Position numbers and translations under genes: made by a program
Assembly (NCBI GenBank): GCA_011040095.1
Contig: DRDE01000038.1
Span: forward strand, 1 to 37,989
Reading direction: 5' to 3'
Source: Nitrospirota bacterium
GTDB taxonomy: Bacteria; Nitrospirota; Thermodesulfovibrionia; UBA6902
DNA length: 37,989 bases
Notes under the pieces: generated by a model
The model's database searches: none
The model's input: only the letters and a program-made list of their open reading frames with translations
Told to the model about the DNA's origin: nothing
In this document: positions 1 through 9,900 of the stretch, piece by piece
How the letters are laid out: every line of letters starts with the position of its first letter
Position numbering within the stretch: position 1 is the stretch's first letter

Positions 1-1471
1 AGCATATTTCAAGGCATCGGTTGTAGTCTCCTGATAGCTGATATGAGGTCTGTCCGAGGAATCAATCGCTAATGAGGCATCGTGCACCCATCCTGCGCTG
101 TCCACAGTCTCTATCTGCCAGGAAACTCCATCATACCGGGCATATTTCAGGCTGTTATCACCACAATAGCTGATATGGGGCCTGCCCGAGGAATCCAAAG
201 CCAGAGAGGTGAAACGGCAATACACACTCAAAACAACCATTGCATTGTCGACTGTCTCTGTATGCCAGGAAATGCCGTCATACCAGGCATATTTTATCTC
301 TTCATTTGTCCGGTCATAATAACTGATATTGGGTCTGTCTGAGGAATCAAGGGCCAGAGAGGTATACTCGCCCACACTTCCTCCACTATCCACTGTCTCT
401 GTCTGCCAGGTGGAGCCGTCATACCGGGTGTATTTCAAGTCGGCATTTGCAGCATCATAATAACTGATATGGGCCATGCCCGAGGGATCCAAAGCCAAGG
501 AGGTATACTCGCCCACACTTCCTCCATCATCCACTGTCTCTGTCTGCCAGGTGGAGCCGTCATATCGGGTGTATTTCAAGTCGGCATTTGCAGCATCATA
601 ATAACTGATATGGGCTTTGTCCGAAGAATCTAAAGCCAGAGAGGTATACTCGCCCCCGACTGTCTCAATCTGCCAGGAGGAGCCGTCATACCGGGCATAT
701 CTGCCGTCATAAGCGATATGGGGTTTGCCAGAGGAGTCTAAGGCCAGAGAGCTGTACTTGCCCACACCTGTTCCACTATCCACTGTCTCTGTCTGCCAGG
801 AGGAGCCGTCATACCAGGCATATTTCAGGTAAGAAGGATCAACCCGACCATCCCACCGGATACTCATAATAACTGATATGGGGTCTGTCAGAGGAATCAA
901 GCTTCAGAGATGTATGTCCTTTGTATCCCGCGTCAACTGTCTCTATCTGCCAGGAGACCCCGTCATAATAAGCATATTTCAGTCCTGCTCCGGCATAACT
1001 GATATGGGGTTTGCCGGAGGAGTCTAAGGCCAGAGAGGTGTACTTGCCCACACCTGTTCCACTGTCCACTGTCTCAATCTGCCAGGAGGCGCCGTCATAC
1101 CAGGCATATTTCAGATTTTTATTTATACGATCATAATAGCTGATATGGGGTCTGCCGGAGGAGTCTAAAACCAGAGAGGTAAACTCGCCCACGCCTTTTC
1201 CATTGTCTACTGTCTCTGTCTGCCAGGAAACTCCATCATAATAGGCGTAATACAAATTATCACCCCCATAAGCAACATGGGGAAGCATATCCGCATCCAG
1301 CGCCAGCGAACCAGGCCCCATATCACTGAATTGATGTGGACAGTCCGCACACTCTGTCTCCCACCCTGCCATTGCTGCATATGGAGATAGCAAAATAAGT
1401 AAAAGCACACCAAACATCAGACATAAATCTCTTAATCTCCTGCTTATTACCGAGAATTTTCCCTGCGTCAT
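1..1471 (-). pseudogene. Secreted repeat protein (W-Q-x-E-T-V-D...TSLALDSSGxPHISYY...LKYA repeats, probable beta-propeller), broken by a 1-nt frameshift near 843-854; runs off the window edge
   Basis: ORF 839..1471 has an N-terminal signal-like segment and 3 repeats, then TGA. The same repeats resume in the adjacent frame (D-P-S-Y-LKYAWYDGSSWQTETVD...) and stay open to position 1. Nine WxxETV repeat starts in the window. Confidence 0.8.
361..652. repeat. Recent near-identical 141-bp tandem duplication inside the repeat gene
   Basis: GGTATACTCGCCC recurs at 361, 502 and 643; the two units are nearly identical at DNA level (47-aa repeat). Confidence 0.9.
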
Positions 1472-1705
1472 TTTTCCCCTCCTTTTTGTTAACTACCCAG
1501 GCGCAAAGTGTCAAAGGCACATAGGCACAAAGTTCAGAATAATGAGATATGCGTTAAACTGTCATGAAATAGAGCTAATTGCTAAAAGGATAACAGACGC
1601 TAACCGTTTATTCAACCCACTTATAGCATCTATAAATATTTCTTATGCGCTTATCTTCCCTCATCACTGGAGTGTTTTGCGGAAATAAACTTTGAAATAT
1701 AATTA

Positions 1706-1849
1706 GTGTCTGTGTAATAAACTCAACAATAGAGCCGTCATTCCCGCGATCTGTTAGGCGGGAATCCAGTCTTTTCAGTGAGTTCTGGATACCCGACTAC
1801 AGACTTCGGGTATGACAAAAATAAAAAACAGCAGTTTATACACAGACTC
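1706..1849. mobile_element. MITE-like element (family B) with an internal REP-like doublet
   Basis: Imperfect TIRs GTGTCTGTGTAATAAACT / AGTTTATACACAGACTC, flanked by TTA and TAA; internal GTCATTCCCGCG..GCGGGAATCC and GGATACCCGA..TCGGGTATGAC hairpins. Confidence 0.7.
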
Positions 1850-1896
1850 TAAATAGCAGTTTAAAACTGCTATTAACATCACTTTTCCTTACATTA

Positions 1897-2039
1897 GAGT
1901 CTCTTGCAAAAGTCTCTGCAAAACGACCTGTGCCGTCATACCCGTGAAAACGGGCATCCAGAAGTCTTTGTTTTTAAAAGAAACCGGATTCCCGATTACT
2001 ACCTCGGGAATGACAAAACAAGACTTTTGCAAGAACCTC
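1897..2039. mobile_element. 143-bp MITE (family A), copy 1
   Basis: TIRs GAGTCTCTTGCAAAAGTCT / AGACTTTTGCAAGAACCTC; internal REP-like hairpin pair; reverse-complement copy at 18663..18805 (8 mismatches by eye). Confidence 0.85.
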
Positions 2040-2062
2040 ATTATTTTTGTAAATTTCCAAAA

Positions 2063-2238
2063 TGTGTCGGATTTCCTTACTTTTACAACATTTCTTTACA
2101 ATAAAGCTAACCAATTGAATTTAAAGCTGATTTTATGATTTTAATCAAATAAGTTGCCTTATTTGTGTCGGATAACTTTACATTAATATATTAATACAAA
2201 AACCTCAAAATATATTTCCTAATAAAATCAATGAGTTA
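2063..2238 (+). promoter_or_regulatory. Putative activator boxes and IHF site upstream of the PEP-CTERM gene
   Basis: TGTGTCGGAT at 2063 and 2164 (the second reads TGTCGG-N5-TTTACA); AATCAATGAGTTA at 2226-2238 fits the IHF consensus WATCAANNNNTTR. Confidence 0.45.
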
Positions 2239-2350
2239 TGGACTAAAAATGGGATTTGCAATATTCAGATTTAAGAGATTAATGTCTCTTGGTTCAGCTT
2301 ACATTCCAGGCAAATAAATCAATAATTGCAAGGGAACAAGGAGGAAATAG

Positions 2351-2950
2351 ATGATGAAATTGAAATGTGTCTTATTTATATTAAGTTTTTTGTTATTAAC
2401 GTTTAATGCTTCTTTTGCAGATGCCGCACTTATTGACCTTAACGATTTCTTTGCAGACCCTTCGGTTACTGTCTCTGCTGACGGCAGCAGCGCAACTATG
2501 TATGAAGACTCGTCCTTATCCACGGTATTGCTTTCCAATGACCCGTGGTTTGGAGACCCCGGGGTATTTATTCCCTCAATTGCGTTGAGCCTGACATTTG
2601 ATTACAGTTTTACCGAAGGCGCCGGGAATGATGATGAATTTTATGCCTATCTTCTTGACCCTACCACTGGTTCAGCGCTTACAGACAGCGGGGGTAATAC
2701 CCTTGATTTATGGTTAGGCAGCTCACAGAGCGGAACCGTTAGCTGGGATTTAAGCGGCGCTTCTTTTTTAGGTCAGACTGTGGGGATGGAGTTTCAACTG
2801 TATGCTTTTGATGTTGCAGCCGATTCATTCGTGTCAATAAATAATGCATCCGTTAACGTTGTCCCTGAACCGGCAACAGTATTATTATTAGGGTCCGGGT
2901 TATTAGGAACAGGGTTATTAAGATTCGTAAAAAGGAAGATGAAAAAATAA
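2351..2950 (+). CDS. PEP-CTERM sorting domain protein (exosortase substrate)
   Basis: Signal peptide; acidic body; C-terminal VPEPATVLLLGSGLLG + TM helix + KRKMKK; GGAGG RBS. Confidence 0.93.
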   Translation: MMKLKCVLFILSFLLLTFNASFADAALIDLNDFFADPSVTVSADGSSATMYEDSSLSTVLLSNDPWFGDPGVFIPSIALSLTFDYSFTEGAGNDDEFYAYLLDPTTGSALTDSGGNTLDLWLGSSQSGTVSWDLSGASFLGQTVGMEFQLYAFDVAADSFVSINNASVNVVPEPATVLLLGSGLLGTGLLRFVKRKMKK

Positions 2951-2961
2951 AAAAATTTTAC

Positions 2962-2989
2962 TTGACAAAAAAATAACATGCGTTATAAT
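2962..2989 (+). promoter_or_regulatory. Sigma70-type promoter for the PKD-Rhs genes
   Basis: Perfect TTGACA (2962-2967), 16-bp spacer, perfect TATAAT (2984-2989), ~110 bp upstream of ATG 3101. Confidence 0.7.
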
Positions 2990-3100
2990 TAGATTCATTC
3001 TTGCGCTGTTAACTTCATGAAGTAGCGGATGGCTGGGGTTTAATAACAACCTTCAATAAATATATATAAACAATTTTATGCATCCTTTCGGGGGGGACTC

Positions 3101-6100
3101 ATGAAAGCAAGGTATTTAAGTGTCTTAATATTCCTCTTTTTCTTATCACTCCTTATTTTCACAAATAATGTTTATACGTCAACCGATGTCACCTCTTTTG
3201 TACAAATTAATAAATCGGGTGCATACTTTAACCGCAGGACAGGTCAGACCTCATACGATGTTACATTAACGAATATATCCAGCGAAACAATACAAAAACC
3301 GGTTTACGTTGCAATAGAAAATCTTAGTCCGGGCGAGGTTACAGTTGCCAATCCTGACGGGTATACAGCCGGAGGAGACCCATATTACGATTACAGCGCC
3401 TTGATTGCCGGCGCTGCTTTTGATCCGGGAGGGATATCTTCCCCGAAGAAGTGGATATTTAATAACCCGAACAGGCTGCGTTTTACCTATACAACTGTCG
3501 TCTACGGACCTTATTCTGTTAACGATCCGCCGGTAGCCGATGCAGGGATGGATCAAAATGCCCTTATAGAAGTTCCTGTCTATCTGGATGGAAGCGGAAG
3601 TTATGATCCTGACGGAGATTTAATTACTTTCCAATGGACAATGACTGGATCTCCTTCCGGCAGCTCAGCAGCTTTGAGCGGTATTGATACAGCAAGCCCA
3701 CGTGTAACACCTGATATTAGTGGTGACTATACATTTCAGCTCACTGTAAACGACAGTCAGGCAGACAGCGCCCCTGATGAGGTAATTATTCATGCATCCG
3801 TTTCCAATGTTGCTCCGAATGCTGATGCCGGACCGGATCAGTCTGTATTAGTGGATTCCACGGTATTCCTCGACGGAAGCGGGAGTTTTGATCCGGATAA
3901 CGCTCCGGGCCCTTACTCTTTTATTTGGACGTTTACCGGAACACCTTTAAATAGTATGTTCGGCGGCACCGCTCTTACCGGAGTAAGTCCTGTTTTTATC
4001 CCTGATATAGAGGGGGAATTTGTTGTTGAGTTATGGGTAAGTGATGGAGACCTTAGTGATTATGATCAGGTCTCGATTTTTGCAGGGATATCCAATCAGG
4101 CGCCTAATGCTGATGCGGGAGCGGATCAGATAGTCTGGCAGTTGAGTCAGTCGGTAAGTCTGGATGGTAGCGCAAGCTTTGATTCTGATAATGGACCGTC
4201 TGTCCTGACTTATCAATGGTCGTTTGTGTCGCTTCCTGTCGGAAGTACGTTAACCAATACAGGTATAGTTAACGCAGCCACGTCTATTGCCGGCTTCACT
4301 CCTGATGTATATGGAGCTTACCTCCTGAATCTGGAAGTTAATGACGGTGCATTGACTGATAATGACCATACACTGGTAATTGTAACTACCGAAAATAATC
4401 CTCCACAAATAGATATTACGAATCCCGTGGATGGCGCATTTATAAACACGACTAAACCAGATATAACCATAACATTCAGTGACGATGATTCCGGGATAGA
4501 CATTAATAGCTTTAGTGCAGAAATAAACGGGGTGGACAGTAGTTCGTCATTTATTATTTCAGAAAGCGGGGCAAGTTATCAGGTTACAACTGATTTGCCT
4601 GTAGGAAACAATACCATAACTTCCAGTATCAGTGACAATGCAGGAAACTCCGCAAGTGCAACCTCAAACTTCAGAATAGGAATCTTAAGAGCTATTCCCG
4701 GGGCGAGCCCGACTTCAGGGCCATCTCCACTGACAGTTCGATTTACTACAGATGGAGAGGACCCGGCTGGAACAATTCAGATATTTCGATGGGATTTTGA
4801 CGGCAACGGAACATGGGACACGTATGACACCGTTGCGCGGGATTATAACCATACTTATAATAATTCCGGGGTCTATAATGCGACATTGTATGTACAAAGC
4901 AGTACGGGGAAAACTGCTACAGCAAGCATTCTTATAACTGTTGAAAATAATCCGCCGGTAGCGACCGCAGATGTAGTCCCTTCCAATGGAGAAGTTCCCT
5001 TAACAGTTCAATGCATAGGTTCAGGAACAGATAGCGATGGGCAAGTAGTGCTTTACGAATGGGATTTTGATGGAGACGGGACATATGATTGGTCTTCCAC
5101 AACAACCGGGAATACCTCTTATACATACACTTCTCCGGGAACTTTCCAGGCAGTTTTCAGGGTAACAGACAACAATGGCTTGACATCAACGGCATTACCG
5201 CCTAATACGATCGTCAGGGCAGGCCCACCGGGATCGCCGACAGCAACTGCTTCAGCCAATCCAACAAGCGGCAATGCCCCGCTGAATGTCAGTTTGAACT
5301 GCACAGCAACTGACCCCGACAACGATATAGAACTTTATGAATGGGATTTTGAAAGCGACGGTGTTTATGACTGGTCATCTTCAACGACAGGAAGTACTTC
5401 TCATACATACAATGAAGCAGGGACTCATACAGCAAGCTGCAGGGTTACCGATTCTACGGGCTTAACAGGTATAGATCAGATTCTGGTTACAGTTGATATC
5501 GATGTCAGCCTTTCGATTCAGAAGGATACTGTTGGATTTCTTGATGATTCAGGGATGACGGCAAGCGCCAGCAGTCAGTATAGCTCGTATTATGCACCGG
5601 ATAAGGCGATTGACGGAAATACAGGGACATATTGGGTATCATGCTGGTATTGTACTTCTGGTGAGTGGTTTGAGGTATCATTTAACGCCCCCCAAAAGGT
5701 TTCAGGTTTTACGATAACTTGGTACAACTCATCCTCTTACAAAATGTCCAGAGCTAAGATAGAAGTTTTTAATGAGAACAATGATGTCCTGTATAGTCAG
5801 GAAGCCGATTTTTCAGGCAGCGTATCTAACGTCAGCTTGCCTGATGTGGAAAATGTTACGAGAATTCGGTTGACTACCATAAACTATTCAAGTAGCTATT
5901 ACATTATAATCAAAGAATTTGACGTGAATAGTACGCCGATGTCAGTCGGTCAGCCAGAACCTACCGGAACCAATATCGATACTTCAATCAGCGCAGCAAC
6001 ACAGGTTTCTATATTGATAAAAGATTCGGATGGGAACGTGGTTCGAACACTTGTGAACAACGAATCGCGAGATACGGGCTCTTATTCGGATTATTGGGAT

Positions 6101-6889
6101 GTTAAAGATGATTATGGAATTGTGGCAAATGATGGAGTCTATTATGCTATTTTGCAATATATAGTTGACGGGGAGGTTAGAACTCTTGATTTAGCCGATT
6201 CCACAGGTGGTACCAGGCATAAGTTTCCTTTTGGCTCGGGTTGCAACCGAAGAAGTTCGTTTAATTCAAACTTCAGTCCATTTGAAGATAATTTCCTGCC
6301 TTTAACGTTTGAGCTTTGTACGGCACAAGAGGTTACGGCGTTTATTGGACCGCTGTGGGGAGGAGCAGATGCGACCAGAGTAAGAACAATTGTTAACAGG
6401 GAAGTTTTTCCTGCAGGAACTCATACTATTTACTGGGATGGGTTAGATGATAATGGCAATATAGCTGAAGCTTCTCCGGGAGATAGTCTGATAACCGGAT
6501 TTTGGCGTTATGATCTTTCTGATAATGCCATTGTTGTAACAGGCGGAAAACCTGTAATAACGAATATTAGTGCAACTCCAAATTATTTTAGTCCCTTTAG
6601 TGAAAAGTGTGATGAAAACGGGAATGGAGAAGGTATAACTATAAATTACACACTTTCTGAAGATGTAGCCACTGTTGAGCTTCAAGTATACAGTGTTAAG
6701 ACCGGATCATTATTAAGGACAAGTTCTTTCAGTAATGTTCCATCCGGAGATAACGCGATCTTTTGGGATGGAAAGAATAACAATGGTGAATATGTAGATA
6801 TAGGTGATTATAGCATTGGTCTTATAGCTATTGATGCTCAGGGAAATGAATCAATGTTCAGATATACCCTGGTGAGAATAGATTATTAA
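3101..6889 (+). CDS. Large secreted multidomain protein: three PxADAGxDQ PKD/REJ-like domains, Ig-like domain, three PKD domains, F5/8 type C (discoidin)-like domain, three FlgD Ig-like domains
   Basis: Signal peptide; PVADAG/PNADAG + LDGSGSxDPD motifs; WDFDGDG/WDFESDG PKD motifs; ASASSQYS..KAIDGNTGTYW; VRT..(Y/F)WDGKxxxG-type motifs. Confidence 0.88.
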   Translation: MKARYLSVLIFLFFLSLLIFTNNVYTSTDVTSFVQINKSGAYFNRRTGQTSYDVTLTNISSETIQKPVYVAIENLSPGEVTVANPDGYTAGGDPYYDYSALIAGAAFDPGGISSPKKWIFNNPNRLRFTYTTVVYGPYSVNDPPVADAGMDQNALIEVPVYLDGSGSYDPDGDLITFQWTMTGSPSGSSAALSGIDTASPRVTPDISGDYTFQLTVNDSQADSAPDEVIIHASVSNVAPNADAGPDQSVLVDSTVFLDGSGSFDPDNAPGPYSFIWTFTGTPLNSMFGGTALTGVSPVFIPDIEGEFVVELWVSDGDLSDYDQVSIFAGISNQAPNADAGADQIVWQLSQSVSLDGSASFDSDNGPSVLTYQWSFVSLPVGSTLTNTGIVNAATSIAGFTPDVYGAYLLNLEVNDGALTDNDHTLVIVTTENNPPQIDITNPVDGAFINTTKPDITITFSDDDSGIDINSFSAEINGVDSSSSFIISESGASYQVTTDLPVGNNTITSSISDNAGNSASATSNFRIGILRAIPGASPTSGPSPLTVRFTTDGEDPAGTIQIFRWDFDGNGTWDTYDTVARDYNHTYNNSGVYNATLYVQSSTGKTATASILITVENNPPVATADVVPSNGEVPLTVQCIGSGTDSDGQVVLYEWDFDGDGTYDWSSTTTGNTSYTYTSPGTFQAVFRVTDNNGLTSTALPPNTIVRAGPPGSPTATASANPTSGNAPLNVSLNCTATDPDNDIELYEWDFESDGVYDWSSSTTGSTSHTYNEAGTHTASCRVTDSTGLTGIDQILVTVDIDVSLSIQKDTVGFLDDSGMTASASSQYSSYYAPDKAIDGNTGTYWVSCWYCTSGEWFEVSFNAPQKVSGFTITWYNSSSYKMSRAKIEVFNENNDVLYSQEADFSGSVSNVSLPDVENVTRIRLTTINYSSSYYIIIKEFDVNSTPMSVGQPEPTGTNIDTSISAATQVSILIKDSDGNVVRTLVNNESRDTGSYSDYWDVKDDYGIVANDGVYYAILQYIVDGEVRTLDLADSTGGTRHKFPFGSGCNRRSSFNSNFSPFEDNFLPLTFELCTAQEVTAFIGPLWGGADATRVRTIVNREVFPAGTHTIYWDGLDDNGNIAEASPGDSLITGFWRYDLSDNAIVVTGGKPVITNISATPNYFSPFSEKCDENGNGEGITINYTLSEDVATVELQVYSVKTGSLLRTSSFSNVPSGDNAIFWDGKNNNGEYVDIGDYSIGLIAIDAQGNESMFRYTLVRIDY

Positions 6890-6932
6890 TTTTTTTTAAG
6901 CTCAATATTTATTATGGAAAAAAGGAGAGAAA

Positions 6933-9900
6933 ATGCGGTGTAACAAATACGTAAAAAGGATAAATATTGCTCTTTTCTTAATCTTGCTGGTTACTCTATT
7001 TCTGCCCAATAACAGTTTCTCCTATAACAAAAGCTGGGACCAGGGACATAAAGTTGTTGAGACATCTCCTGGAAGTGGTTTATGGGGACGTTGGGACTAT
7101 GATGGTAAATGGGTAGGAACTTACACTTCAAAAGAGTGCTGTGAATTGCTATGTAAGATTTGTCCTGTTTATGCCAACACTGGACGCTTGCAAAAAACAT
7201 ATACGGATTTAACTGTTCCCGGTGTTGGTCCGGCATTGAATATTACAAGGACATATAACAGCCAGGAGTGGGCCTCCGGTCTTTTGGGGTATGGCTGGAC
7301 ATTTAACTTAGGCCGGCGGTTAATCATCGGCCGAAGTAATGCCGGTGATAAAATTATAGGAGTTTTGCTTGAGACCGGGGAAAAGAATTTCTATAAAGAA
7401 CACACGGATAACACACTGGAGCGTTTGACAGACTATGGCGCAACATACAAGCTAATCAAGAATGCGGACAATACTTACACCATAAAAAACATAGACGGCA
7501 CAAGATATGAACTCAGGAAAGACGGGAAAATAGCAAAGGTTATCGATAAGAATAACAACGAACTGGTATTTACATATAATGCCGTTGGTTGCCTGACTAG
7601 GATTACCAATGCTTCAGGCAACTATGTGGACCTGGTGCTTGGGCCGAATGGAAAGATTGCAAACATTTCTGATAATCTGGGCAGAACCATCAGCTATGGA
7701 TATGATGATAACGGAAATCTTACCTCAGTCACCGACCCTATGGGCAATATTACTCAATACGTATATGACAGTGATAACCTGCTTACCCAGATCATTGACG
7801 CAAGAGGCAATACAGTTGAGACCGTCTCATATGACAACAACCAGCCTCCCAGAGTCTCTACTTTCACAGAAAAGGGAGAAACTTACACTGTAGCTTATTA
7901 TAACGGCTACACGGTGAAAACCGATTCTTCAGGAAATGCATGGACTTATTATTACAATGATGTCGGCGTAATAACAAAGGTTATTGATCCCTTAGGCAAT
8001 GTCAAGGAACTCTCTCTCAATAAGATCACGGCTACCAGTAAAGACTGGGAGGAGGATTTAAACGGCAACCGTACGACATATACCTATGACGTTGATGGAA
8101 ATATTGCAAGCAAGACCGATCCATTGGGGAATACGTGGACATATACATATGTTGCAGGGACAGACTGGTTGTTGACGGAAACCGATCCTATGGGGCATGT
8201 AACGAAATATGAATATGATTCAAATGGCAATATTGTAAAAATTACCCGTGATTACGGTGGCCCTTTAGAAAATGCAACAACATATACATATAACAGTGCT
8301 GGAAACAGAACAAGTATGACTGATTCGTTGGGGAATGTAACGCTATACGCATATGACTCTGACGGAAATTTAACTCAAGTCACAGATGCTTTAGGCAATG
8401 TTACAACATATACATATGACAGCTTCGGAAATAAACTCACAGAAACGGATCCGCTGGGTAACACAACAACATATACATATGATCTTTTAAACAGGTTGAC
8501 TTCTGTTACAGATGCCTTAGGGAATAGCACCACTATCACTTACGATCCTAACGGGAATATTCAGAGTTTGACAGATGCTGCCGGTAATACGACTTCTCAT
8601 ACCTATGATGCTTATAACCGACTCATCCAGACAACTGACCCATTAGGTAATGTAACTCAATTTACATATGATTCACAGGGAAACAAGACCAGTATAGTAG
8701 ATGCAAATGGTAATACAACCTCTTTTTCGTATAATGTGTTAAATCGATTAGTTTCTGAAACAAATGCTTTAGGCAACACCACGAGTTATACATATGATGC
8801 TAATGGCAACCGCACAGCTATAACGGATGCCAATGGCAATACAACTACTTTTACCTATGATGCATTGAATAGACTAATCAAGACAACATATCCTGATGGA
8901 ACCTTTGAGACCTTCTCTTATAATGCTGATGGCAATCTTATTGCCAGGACAGATCGCAACGGTAATACCATCAACAGCACCTATGATTCATTGCACAGGC
9001 TGACAGTAAAGACTTATCCTGATGCTACTACAACCAATTTTACTTACGATACGAATGGAAACATATTAACAGCGAGCAATTCTGATGTCTCATATGCTTT
9101 TACTTATGATGCTCTAAATCGGGTAACCCGGGTTACCAATGTCAGCCTGGGCAAGAGTGTTTCTTATTCTTACATCTGTTGCGGTTTAAAGAGCAGCATG
9201 ACCAATCCTGAAGGAGGGGTTACTACTTACACCTATGATGCCTTGAAGAGGCTAACAAGTCTGACCAATCCTCAAGGTGAAACTACGAGCTACACGTACG
9301 ATAACCTGTCCAGAACTGTTAGAAAAGACCTTGCAAATGGCAGCTATACTATTTACAACTATGATGCAGTAAGCAGACTTGTAAGTCTCATTAATAAAAC
9401 TTCTGCTAATTCTGTAATATCGAGTTATAGCTATACCTATGACAATACCAGCAACAGAACTTCAATGACGACCTTGTCAGGAAAACATAATTACACATAC
9501 GATAAAATTTACGAGTTACTGCAGGCTACTCACCCCACTTCATCTACAGAAACGTACACATATGACCCCGTTTATAACAGATTGACTTCAGATAGTTATC
9601 CAAGCTGGACTTACGACAGTAATAACAGGCTAACCTCTTTCAATGGTACAAGTTTTACATATGATGCCAATGGGAATACTATTTCTAAGACAGATACTTC
9701 CGGTGTAACAACTTACCAATATGACTATGAAAATAAATTGGTTAGAATCGATTATCCTGATGGCACATATAGCGAATATAGATATGATCCATTTGGTGAC
9801 AGGATTAAAAAGGATGTTAATGGCACAGTTACATGGTTTGTCTATGATCTTATGAAAGAATTGCCCGATATGCTTGCTGAGTACGATGGGGGCAACTCAT

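Noticed and set aside
839-841. TGA as selenocysteine or stop readthrough in the repeat gene
   Set aside because: The repeats continue in a different frame; in-frame readthrough gives SFLPEI, which does not match the repeat.
1-1300. CRISPR array or DGR template/variable repeat
   Set aside because: The repeats are coding, ~120-150 bp long, with no unique spacers; no cas or reverse transcriptase gene is in the window.
1904-2138. ORFs 1904..2104 and 1944..2138
   Set aside because: They read through MITE family A; no RBS or protein motif.
2996-3100. Riboswitch in the 5' UTR of the PKD gene
   Set aside because: Only short hairpins (ACTTCATGAAGT, CCTTTCGGGG); no riboswitch consensus I can recognise. 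An Rfam scan would settle it.
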